Source of the DNA: Elusimicrobiota bacterium
GTDB taxonomy: Bacteria > Elusimicrobiota > Elusimicrobia > UBA1565 > UBA9628
Length of the DNA: 50,926 nucleotides
Reading direction: 5' to 3'
Assembly: GCA_016204945.1 (NCBI GenBank)
Contig: JACQJQ010000100.1
Coordinates: forward strand, 1 to 50,926
The position numbers and the translations under genes were made by a program. Of this stretch, positions 44,039 to 50,926 are shown piece after piece. Below the pieces are notes generated by a model. That model worked only from the letters and a program-made list of their open reading frames with translations. It was not told where the DNA came from and did no database searches. The first letter of the stretch is position 1, and each line of letters opens with the position of its first letter.

Positions 44039-44055
44039 GAAGGCTCCTTGAAACC

Positions 44056-45837
44056 CTACGTGTCGCCGTCCGCCGCCGTCACGCGCATCATTTCCTCGGC
44101 CGTCGTGACGCCCGACAGGAGCTTGCGGACGGCGCACATGCGCAGAGTCAGCATGCCCTGCTTCATCGACTGTAGCTTGATCTGCTTGGCGGAGGCGCGG
44201 TCCAGAATAAGCTGGCGGATCGCGTCGGTGACCTCCATGACCTCGTAGAGGCCCTGCCGGCCCCTGTAGCCCGTGCCGGCGCAGTTCTCGCAGCCCTTGC
44301 CCTTGTACAGGGTGATCTTCTTGTTCGTCAAAGCCGCCGCCTGCAGCTGAACCGCGGGCACGCCGAGCTTCAGCAGCCAGTCCTTCTCGACTTCGTAGCC
44401 CTCCTTGCACTTCGGGCAAATGCCGCGGAGCAGGCGCTGGGCCTCGATCATCAGCATCGCCGAGCTGACGAGAAAAGGCTCGACGCCCATCATGCCCAGG
44501 CGCGTGATCGTCTGCGAGGTGTCGTTCGTGTGCAGAGTGGAGAAGACCAGGTGGCCGGTCAAGGCCGCGTTAATCGCGATCGTCGCCGTCTCCTGATCGC
44601 GAATCTCGCCGACCATGATCACGTCGGGGTCCTGGCGCAGGAACGAGCGCAGGGCCGCGGGAAAGGTCAGGCCGACTTGGTTGTTGACCTGGACCTGGTT
44701 GATGCCCACGAGCTGGTACTCGACCGGGTCCTCGGCCGTCATGATGTTGCAATCCGGAGTGTTGAGGTTCGACAGCGCGGAGTAAAGCGTCGTGGACTTG
44801 CCCGAACCGGTCGGGCCGGTCACGAGGTTGACCCCGTAGGGCGCCTCCATGGCCTTCTTGAAGACGGCCATCGCCTCCGGCTCGAAGCCCAGCTGGGTCA
44901 TGTTGACCTTCAGGCCCGACGAATCCAATATGCGCGCGACGATCTTCTCGCCCGGCGCGCAGGGCAGGACCGACACGCGCATGTCGATCTCCTTGCCCTC
45001 CATCTTGATGCGCATGCGCCCGTCCTGGGGGATGCGCCTCTCGGCGATGTTGAGGTTCGACATGATCTTGACGCGCGCGCAAATCGCGGAGTGGAACTTC
45101 TTCGGCGGCGCGGGCTGCTCGTGCAGGACGCCGTCGATCCGATAGCGGATGCGCAGGTCCTTGGCGTACGCCTCGATATGGATGTCGGACGCCTTGGCCT
45201 TGACCGCCCCGGCGATGATCAGGTTCACCATCTTGATGACCGGAGCGTCCTCGGCCGCCTGCTCCAGCCCGGCCTCGGCGTTTTCAGCCTTCTCCTCGAC
45301 TTGCTCGAGGCCGTCGGCCGCCGCCTCGTCGACCGCGGACTGCTTGACGATGCCCTCGAGCACCTCCTGCGAGGTGGCCTGCTTGTAGTACTTTTCATGG
45401 GCCGCCGAGATCTCGGCTTCGGAGGCGAGGCAGCCGACGACGTCGCAGCCGGTCTGCATCTTCAGATCATCGAGAATCATCACGTCGAGAGGATCGGCGA
45501 TGGCGACGGTAAGCCGGTCCTTCGTCTTGTTGAACGGCATCAGCATCTTCTGCCGCGCGATGGACTCCGGCACCGCCGCGATCGCCTCTTCGGATATTTC
45601 TCCGATGTCGGCCAAGGACACGTAGGAAATGCCCGTCTTCTCGGCGAGGAACTGGAGGAGCTCCTCCTCCTCGATGAATCCCTTTTCGATCAGCAGGGAG
45701 CCCAGCTTCTCGCCGCCCTTCTTCTGGGCGTCCAGCGCCTCCTGCAGATTCTTGGCGCTGATGCGCTTTTCCTCGACCAGGAAGTCGGCGAGACGCCGGG
45801 ACAAACCGAGCGAGATCACGTGCTGGGTGCCTGCCAT
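44056..45837 (-). CDS. pilB: type IV pilus assembly ATPase PilB (GspE family, with N-terminal T2SSE_N domain)
   Basis: 593 aa. ASDIHIE, NLVTGPTGSGKSTTLY, IMVGEIRD, GHLVFSTLHTND, C4 cluster CPKC..CENC. Confidence 0.9.
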   Translation of the reverse strand: MAGTQHVISLGLSRRLADFLVEEKRISAKNLQEALDAQKKGGEKLGSLLIEKGFIEEEELLQFLAEKTGISYVSLADIGEISEEAIAAVPESIARQKMLMPFNKTKDRLTVAIADPLDVMILDDLKMQTGCDVVGCLASEAEISAAHEKYYKQATSQEVLEGIVKQSAVDEAAADGLEQVEEKAENAEAGLEQAAEDAPVIKMVNLIIAGAVKAKASDIHIEAYAKDLRIRYRIDGVLHEQPAPPKKFHSAICARVKIMSNLNIAERRIPQDGRMRIKMEGKEIDMRVSVLPCAPGEKIVARILDSSGLKVNMTQLGFEPEAMAVFKKAMEAPYGVNLVTGPTGSGKSTTLYSALSNLNTPDCNIMTAEDPVEYQLVGINQVQVNNQVGLTFPAALRSFLRQDPDVIMVGEIRDQETATIAINAALTGHLVFSTLHTNDTSQTITRLGMMGVEPFLVSSAMLMIEAQRLLRGICPKCKEGYEVEKDWLLKLGVPAVQLQAAALTNKKITLYKGKGCENCAGTGYRGRQGLYEVMEVTDAIRQLILDRASAKQIKLQSMKQGMLTLRMCAVRKLLSGVTTAEEMMRVTAADGDT

Positions 45838-45846
45838 TTCCCTACT

Positions 45847-45875
45847 AGGTTAGGGTCCACGCCGATTTTTGTCAA
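45847..45875 (-). promoter_or_regulatory. pilB promoter: TTGACA (45870-45875), 17 nt, TAACCT (45847-45852), then 9 nt to the ATG at 45837
   Basis: Consensus -35 box and a TAnnnT -10 box read on the minus strand. Confidence 0.45.
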
Positions 45876-45922
45876 GGCCGGACGCGATATTCCGCTGTTA
45901 ACAAACGGTGAACTCTTTCCTC

Positions 45923-47617
45923 TTAAATGCCCGTGTCGGCGGCGTCCGCGTCGAACGCGCCGCCGTCTTCGGCGGGGGGACGCAGCTCCCCCGAATCAGG
46001 CAGGGGCAGAAGCGGAATTTCCTTGGACGCCGCGGGCGCGGCGCGGCGCTTGGGGGCCCGTTTGGGCGCGGTCGTCTTCACCCGCCTCTTTTCGGCCCGC
46101 GGAGCCGCGAGCGGCGCCCCGCCGGCGAGCATCTGGCTCGCCTCGACGTTCTTGCCCACGACGATCCCGTTGGAGCTCACTTCGAACAGGTACAAGGCGC
46201 CCTTGCCTCCCGACGCGCCTGGAACCATGCGGTACTCCACGAGCGCGGTCCCGTCCCCCGTCGGACTCGCGCTCCATTTCTCGGAACCGGCGTTCGGATC
46301 CGCCGTGTATGAGTACTGCAGCCAGCGACCGACCGTGCCGCGTCCGCCGTCGAGCGGAAATTCCTTGACCAGTTCGATCGCGGCCGCGTGCTCGGCGGAA
46401 AGCCCGGCGGGCGCCGGCGCCTCCGCGGGCGGCTCGGGGGCCGGCGGTTGAGCGGCCGGAGACGGCGCCGCGGCGCCGTCATCGGGGGGCAAGCCGATGG
46501 GCGCCTTCCCGTCATCGAGCGTCGTCATCTGCTTCAAATCCTCTTTCGGCGTCTGACGCACGAAAATCGTTCCCAAGATCATCAGCAGGACCGCGAGCGT
46601 GCCGCCCACGATCAGGAACGCCTTATTGCTCCGTCCCGTCTGCTTGACGCCGCCCGTCGACGGCGGGGGCTCGGGCTTGACGAAGCGCGCGGCGGCGGCG
46701 TCAGCCGCCGCCGGAGGACCGGCTAGGTCCTCGGAAACCGCCTCGGGCGCGGCGCGCTTGAGCGTATTCGGCGGCGGAGAAAACGGCGCCGCGGTCGGCG
46801 GCGGCGGGTTCTCGGGCAGGGAGAACGAATACGCGACCGGAGCCGGCGCGGGCGTCGGGATCGGCGCTGCGAGGATGGCTGGGGGAGCGGCCGGCGACGC
46901 CGCGATGCTCGGCTTGAATTCCGGCACGGGATTCAGGGCGGCGCCCGGCGCGGCCTCATCGACTCCAAGGACCTTGAACGACCTGAGCGCCGGGACGATC
47001 TTGAAGGTTTTCGGCTTCCCGAGCGAGAACGGCTTCGGCTCCTCGACCGGAGGCGCCTCCGGAGGCGGCGATGGCTCGTCGATAGGAGCGAGGGGCGGAA
47101 TCTCCGGCAACGACGGGGGAGCCGGAGGCGGGAACGGGGACGCCGGGGACGAAGCCTCCGCGTCGCGCGGACGAAGCTCAAGCTCCGCGATCCGGCGGCG
47201 CGCGGCCTCGAGCTTGGCCGTGAGCTCCGAAATTTGCGCGCGCGCGAGGCCGACCTCGGGCGCGTCCGACGGAGCGCGCGCGGAGAGGATGTCCTGGAAA
47301 TCCTTCTTGAAGGCCGGATCCTGAAACAGCTCCTCGGCGACGGCACCGGGAAATTCATCGTCGCCGACAAGGCCGGAGGCATCGATCTGGAGTTGATCAA
47401 GGAGCGCGATGCTGGATGGAAAATCATTCAGCGGATCGCCGGCGCCGCCCGCCTCGGCGCGCGCCGTGCCGATGAGTTCCCCCGCCGGCGTCCACGCATT
47501 CCCGGCCGGATCGCCTGCGCACACGAGGGTCCCCGCGTCCAGCCCGGGGAGGCTCGACACCGCCTCCCTGTCGAAGGGACCGAGGATGCGCGTTTCCTTG
47601 TAGACCCAATACTCCAC
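45923..47617 (-). CDS. hypothetical bitopic membrane protein: N-terminal GYF_2 (DUF4339)-like domain, coiled coil, proline-rich linker, TM helix, unassigned C-terminal domain, Lys-rich tail
   Basis: GTG start VEYWVYKETRILGPFDREAV..AGNAWTPAGEL (GYF_2 pattern). AQISELTAKLEAARRRIAELE. Long P/A-rich stretch. TM helix AFLIVGGTLAVLLMILGTIFV. Co-directional with pilB, 85 nt upstream. Confidence 0.6.
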   Translation of the reverse strand: MEYWVYKETRILGPFDREAVSSLPGLDAGTLVCAGDPAGNAWTPAGELIGTARAEAGGAGDPLNDFPSSIALLDQLQIDASGLVGDDEFPGAVAEELFQDPAFKKDFQDILSARAPSDAPEVGLARAQISELTAKLEAARRRIAELELRPRDAEASSPASPFPPPAPPSLPEIPPLAPIDEPSPPPEAPPVEEPKPFSLGKPKTFKIVPALRSFKVLGVDEAAPGAALNPVPEFKPSIAASPAAPPAILAAPIPTPAPAPVAYSFSLPENPPPPTAAPFSPPPNTLKRAAPEAVSEDLAGPPAAADAAAARFVKPEPPPSTGGVKQTGRSNKAFLIVGGTLAVLLMILGTIFVRQTPKEDLKQMTTLDDGKAPIGLPPDDGAAAPSPAAQPPAPEPPAEAPAPAGLSAEHAAAIELVKEFPLDGGRGTVGRWLQYSYTADPNAGSEKWSASPTGDGTALVEYRMVPGASGGKGALYLFEVSSNGIVVGKNVEASQMLAGGAPLAAPRAEKRRVKTTAPKRAPKRRAAPAASKEIPLLPLPDSGELRPPAEDGGAFDADAADTGI

Positions 47618-47625
47618 TCGGGGCC

Positions 47626-47654
47626 AGGGTAGCTTCCCCGTGTTACAGTTTCAA
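47626..47654 (-). promoter_or_regulatory. promoter of the GYF_2 protein gene: TTGAAA (47649-47654), 17 nt, TACCCT (47626-47631), then 8 nt to the GTG at 47617
   Basis: Read on the minus strand. Confidence 0.4.
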
Positions 47655-47720
47655 GACGGACGCGGGGCGACTGTCGGCGCCAACAGTCGCTCCGTTCGCG
47701 CCAAAATGTAGAATGGGCTC

Positions 47721-49112
47721 GTGCTGATCCGCCCTTTCTACCTAGCCTGCCTGGCCCACGCCTCCTACCTCCTCGGCGACGAAAAAACGGGCGTCGCGGT
47801 CGTCGTGGACCCGCAGCGCGACGTAAACGATTATGTCGCGGAGGCGGCGCGCCTGAGACTGCGCATCGAGCACGTCATGCTCACCCACTTCCACGCCGAT
47901 TTCGTGGCCGGACACCTGGAACTGCGCGACCGCTGCGGCGCGACAATCCATCTCGGCGCGCGCGCCGAGGCGGACTATGCCTTCTCCCCCCTCAAGGACG
48001 GCGCGCGGCTCGAGTTCGGCTCGCTTGGAATCGGCGTTTTGGAAACACCGGGCCATACGCCCGAAGGCGTCTGTCTTCTCGTCTACGATCTCGACGGCGA
48101 CCGGAACCAGCCCAAGGCCGTTCTGACCGGCGACACGTTGTTCATCGGCGACGTCGGCCGCCCCGACTTGATGGCCTCGGTCGGCTACCGGGCTGAAGAC
48201 CTGGCCGGGATGCTGCACGACTCGCTTAAGACCAAACTGCTGACGCTGCCCGACGAGACCTTGGTCTACCCGGCGCACGGGGCGGGCTCGCTCTGCGGGA
48301 AAAAAATGTCGGATGAGCGCGTCTCGACGATCGGCGAGCAGAAGCTCTACAACTACGCCCTCAAGGCTCGCTCGCGGGAGGAATTCACGCGCCTCGTGGC
48401 CGCCGACCAGCCCGAAATGCCCGCCTATTTCGCGCACGACGCGGAGCTGAACCGCCGCGAGCGCGGAACGCTCGACGCGGCCCTGGACGCCCTTCGGGAG
48501 CTGTCGCCCGAGGAGGCGGAGCGTCTCCAGCGGGACGGCGCCCGGATTCTGGACACGCGCGATCCGGCCGACTTCGCGGGCGCGCATTGGCGCGGAGCGG
48601 TCAACGTGGGCCTCGACGGAAAGTTCGCGGCCTGGGCGGGCCAGGTCGTGGACCGCGAGCGTCCCCTGATCGTCGTCGCCGCCGCCGGGCGCGAGAAAGA
48701 ATCGGTTCTCCGCCTGGCCCGCGTGGGCCTCGACCGGGTGGCGGGCGTTCTGCGCGGCGGGATGCTCGCCCTCGACGCTCGTCCCGATCTGGTGGTCCGC
48801 GCTCCGCGCACCACCGCGCGGGCCCTCGCCGAGCGCCTGAAGGGCCCGGACGCGCCGGTCGTCGTGGACGTGCGCACCGACGCCGAGCGCGCGGAGGGCT
48901 TCATCGCGGGCAGCCTCCACCTTCCGCTGTCAAGGTGGCCGGAGCGCGTCGCCGAGATCCCCGAAGGCCGGCCGGTGGCCGTCTACTGCGCCGGGGGCTA
49001 CCGTTCCTCGATCGCGGCGAGCCTGCTGCGCGCGGCGGGCCGCAACGACGTCGCCGACCTCGTCGGCGGCTTCGCCGCCTGGCGCGACGCCGCGCTTCCG
49101 ACGACGGATTAG
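47721..49112 (+). CDS. CstB-like persulfide dioxygenase (MBL fold) fused to a degenerate rhodanese domain and an active rhodanese domain
   Basis: THFHADF metal motif. The first rhodanese lacks the catalytic Cys (VVAAAGRE). The second has the CAGGYRS loop. GTG start 6 nt after TAGAAT (47709-47714). Confidence 0.75.
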   Translation: MLIRPFYLACLAHASYLLGDEKTGVAVVVDPQRDVNDYVAEAARLRLRIEHVMLTHFHADFVAGHLELRDRCGATIHLGARAEADYAFSPLKDGARLEFGSLGIGVLETPGHTPEGVCLLVYDLDGDRNQPKAVLTGDTLFIGDVGRPDLMASVGYRAEDLAGMLHDSLKTKLLTLPDETLVYPAHGAGSLCGKKMSDERVSTIGEQKLYNYALKARSREEFTRLVAADQPEMPAYFAHDAELNRRERGTLDAALDALRELSPEEAERLQRDGARILDTRDPADFAGAHWRGAVNVGLDGKFAAWAGQVVDRERPLIVVAAAGREKESVLRLARVGLDRVAGVLRGGMLALDARPDLVVRAPRTTARALAERLKGPDAPVVVDVRTDAERAEGFIAGSLHLPLSRWPERVAEIPEGRPVAVYCAGGYRSSIAASLLRAAGRNDVADLVGGFAAWRDAALPTTD

Positions 49113-49118
49113 TCGGCC

Positions 49119-49637
49119 CTACTCGCCGGCGCGCTCGGCTTCGCCGATGACGCTGAAGTCGAGGCCCGGCTCGGCGGCGTCCGTCACCTTCTGCTCCAGC
49201 TGGTTCTGGTAGCCGATCGAGTAGCGCGCGTAGGGAATCGCCTCGAGGCGGGCGCGGGCGATCGGCCTCTGCGTGGCCTCGCACAAGCCGTAGGTCCCGT
49301 TGTCGATCTTGCGGATCGCGGCCTCGACCATGTCGAGCGTGGTGCGCTCGTTGTCGGAGAGCTCGAACATCAACTCCTTCTCGATGGACTGGCTCGCCTG
49401 GTCGACGGAATCGCCGTTGTCCACGTCGCCGACGCTCTGCTTGCGCACCGTGCGCAGGATGCCGTCGCGCATCGCGACGAGCTCGGCCCGAATCGAGCGG
49501 AGCTTCGCCGGAGTCAGCCACGCCAAATCCTTGGCGGAAGCCGCGGCCTGGGGGGCCCGCCCGGCTTTGCCCTTCGCCCTGGGCTTCACCGCGGCCCTCG
49601 CCTTCTTCGCGGCCATCTTCACGCGCTTTTTCGCCAT
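49119..49637 (-). CDS. DksA/TraR-family protein lacking the C4 zinc finger, with a Lys/Ala-rich N-terminal tail
   Basis: Start MAKKRVKMAAKK, with GGAGG 5 nt upstream. Coiled-coil tip DSVDQA (DxxDxA). The C-terminal YGLCEATQRPIARARLEAIPYARYSIGYQ keeps only 1 of the 4 Cys. Confidence 0.75.
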   Translation of the reverse strand: MAKKRVKMAAKKARAAVKPRAKGKAGRAPQAAASAKDLAWLTPAKLRSIRAELVAMRDGILRTVRKQSVGDVDNGDSVDQASQSIEKELMFELSDNERTTLDMVEAAIRKIDNGTYGLCEATQRPIARARLEAIPYARYSIGYQNQLEQKVTDAAEPGLDFSVIGEAERAGE

Positions 49638-49642
49638 CGCAA

Positions 49643-49692
49643 CCTCCGACTCAAGTGAGGGGATAGTATATGAGAATGCCCGAGCCGCGCAA
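49643..49692 (-). promoter_or_regulatory. leadered promoter plus Shine-Dalgarno of the dksA-like gene: TTGCGC (49687-49692), 16 nt, TATACT (49665-49670), GGAGG (49643-49647)
   Basis: Read on the minus strand. It serves as a contrast to the leaderless-type spacers elsewhere in the window. Confidence 0.4.
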
Positions 49693-49695
49693 GAC

Positions 49696-50926
49696 CTAGG
49701 GCAGGCGCGCGGCGGCGTCCTTGAGGCGGGAGACGACCGTGTCCTTGCCCATGATTTCAAGCATCTGGAACAAGGTCGGACCCTCGGTCCGGCCGCTCAC
49801 GGCCACGCGGATCGGATGGAAGACCTGGCCGTTCTTGAGGCCTTTTTCCGCGACGAACCGGCGGATGCGCGCCTCGAGAACCTTCTCATCGAAAGGCGCC
49901 AAGGCGCCCAGGACTCCCGCGAGGTCGAGCAATATCCCCTTGGCGCCCGGAGCCTTGAGAACCTTGTCGAACGCCTTGGGATCGAACCGGACCGGCTTGT
50001 AGAAGAACTCGATCAAGGTCGGGATTTCGGAGAGCAGCTTGAACTTCTCGTGCTCCAGGGCCACCGTGCGCTTCAGGTCCGGGCCGGGCAGGCCGATGAG
50101 TCCCGCTTTCTCGAGGAAAGGCCTCGCCAGTTCCACGAGTTGATCGACCGGCGTCTGGCGTATATACTCGCCGTTCATCCAATTCAGCTTGACCGTGTCG
50201 AACGTCGCCGGGCTCTTCTGGCATCCCTCCAGATTGAACTTGGAAATCAAATCTTCATCGGTAAACAGCTGCTGGGACTCCGGCGTGGACCAGCCGAGCA
50301 GCGCGAGGTAGTTGCGCATCGTGCGCGGCAGATAGCCCTGATCGCGGTACTCCAGCACCGAGGTCGCGCCGTGGCGCTTTGAGAGCTTCGAGCCGTCGGG
50401 GCCGAGGATCATGGATAAATGCGCGAATAGCGGCGGGGTCCAGCCGAACGCATGGTAGATCTGGATCTGCGACGGCGTGTTCGAGAGATGTTCGTCTCCG
50501 CGCACCACATGGGTCACTTCCATGAGATGGTCGTCGATGACGCAGCAGAAGTTGTACGTCGGGCCGTCCGTTGTCTTCCAGATCACGAGGTCCTGCTGGA
50601 GGCTGTTCTCGAAGGCGACCCTGCCGCGGATCTGATCGTCGACGATCGTGACGCCGCTCGTCGGCATCTTGAAGCGGATCGAGAATTTCCTGCCCGAGGC
50701 CTCGATCGCCGCGCGCTGCGCGCCGCTGAGCGCCCGGCAGCGGCCCTCGTAGCGCGGCGGGCGCTTCTCGAGCTGCGCCAGACGGCGCATCTCGTCGAGC
50801 TCCTCCTTCGTGCAGTAGCACCTGTAGGCCTTCCCCGCGTCCAGGAGCTCCTGAAGATGCTTCCGGTAGGTGTCCACCCGCTTCATCTGGTAGTACGGCG
50901 CGTGCGGCCCCCGATCCGTTTTCCCG
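49696..50926 (-). CDS. gltX: glutamate--tRNA ligase, C-terminal about 410 codons; the N-terminus lies beyond the right edge
   Basis: HVVRGDEHLSNTPSQIQIY, KLSKRHG (KMSKS-type motif), NYLALLGWS. The open frame continues to the window end. Confidence 0.9.
   Translation of the reverse strand, partial: GKTDRGPHAPYYQMKRVDTYRKHLQELLDAGKAYRCYCTKEELDEMRRLAQLEKRPPRYEGRCRALSGAQRAAIEASGRKFSIRFKMPTSGVTIVDDQIRGRVAFENSLQQDLVIWKTTDGPTYNFCCVIDDHLMEVTHVVRGDEHLSNTPSQIQIYHAFGWTPPLFAHLSMILGPDGSKLSKRHGATSVLEYRDQGYLPRTMRNYLALLGWSTPESQQLFTDEDLISKFNLEGCQKSPATFDTVKLNWMNGEYIRQTPVDQLVELARPFLEKAGLIGLPGPDLKRTVALEHEKFKLLSEIPTLIEFFYKPVRFDPKAFDKVLKAPGAKGILLDLAGVLGALAPFDEKVLEARIRRFVAEKGLKNGQVFHPIRVAVSGRTEGPTLFQMLEIMGKDTVVSRLKDAAARLP

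Noticed and set aside
44530-46368. 612-aa plus-strand ORF over pilB and the GYF_2 gene 3' end
   Set aside because: Antisense shadow. It crosses an intergenic spacer and two real genes.
1-50926. CRISPR arrays, rRNA genes, transposases or integrases, prophage blocks, known multi-gene defence systems
   Set aside because: I found no spaced direct-repeat arrays, rRNA-like segments or recombinase/transposase motifs when reading the ORF translations and spacers. The only mobile-type or defence-related items are the LAGLIDADG ORF and one toxin-antitoxin pair.

Overview
High-G+C (about two-thirds G+C by eye), very gene-dense chromosomal window. I call about 52 CDS and 1 tRNA, and many genes are translationally coupled by ATGA/GTGA overlaps. 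The organism is a diderm bacterium: lptE, an O-antigen-ligase-family protein and type IV pilus (T4P) genes are present. The lineage cannot be assigned without a database search.

Most of the window is housekeeping:
- rplU-rpmA-obg runs without a gap into hpnC-hpnD-hpnE (three-step squalene synthesis).
- Class II ribonucleotide reductase (nrdJ).
- tmk-holB-metG.
- dut, pssA, psd and tRNA-Leu(UAA).
- FCY1-like cytosine deaminase, SulP permease, pta, rlmM.
- thyX-trmL, glgC, phoH-ybeY.
- leuS-lptE-holA, rpsT, uvrC.
- A CstB-like persulfide dioxygenase-rhodanese fusion, a DksA-like protein, and gltX (partial).

Accessory or unusual content:
1. A three-gene minor-pilin module (PilV-like / PilW-like / PilX-like) at 6.5-11 kb. 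Its first member is an 863-aa pilin with a lamin-tail domain and four carboxypeptidase-regulatory-like beta-sandwich segments. No PilY1-type adhesin follows. This is the best candidate for something undescribed: a pilin-adhesin fusion that could act as a pilus-tip adhesin or DNA receptor.
2. pilB-pilT-pilC lies 30 kb away. It is led by an orphan protein with a GYF_2 domain, a proline-rich region and a transmembrane segment.
3. A lower-G+C islet carries an intact two-motif LAGLIDADG homing endonuclease. Its reading frame runs straight through the adjacent tRNA-Leu(UAA).
4. A second lower-G+C islet carries a RelE/RHH toxin-antitoxin pair with phased operator-like repeats.
5. A recurrent promoter geometry places a -10 box 6-9 nt before the start codon. 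This suggests that first genes of operons are leaderless, while internal genes carry Shine-Dalgarno sites.
6. Variant housekeeping proteins: a UvrC without the C-terminal (HhH)2 domain and a DksA without the zinc-finger cysteines.

I saw no CRISPR array, rRNA, transposase or integrase. The many long ORFs antisense to real genes are high-G+C shadows.
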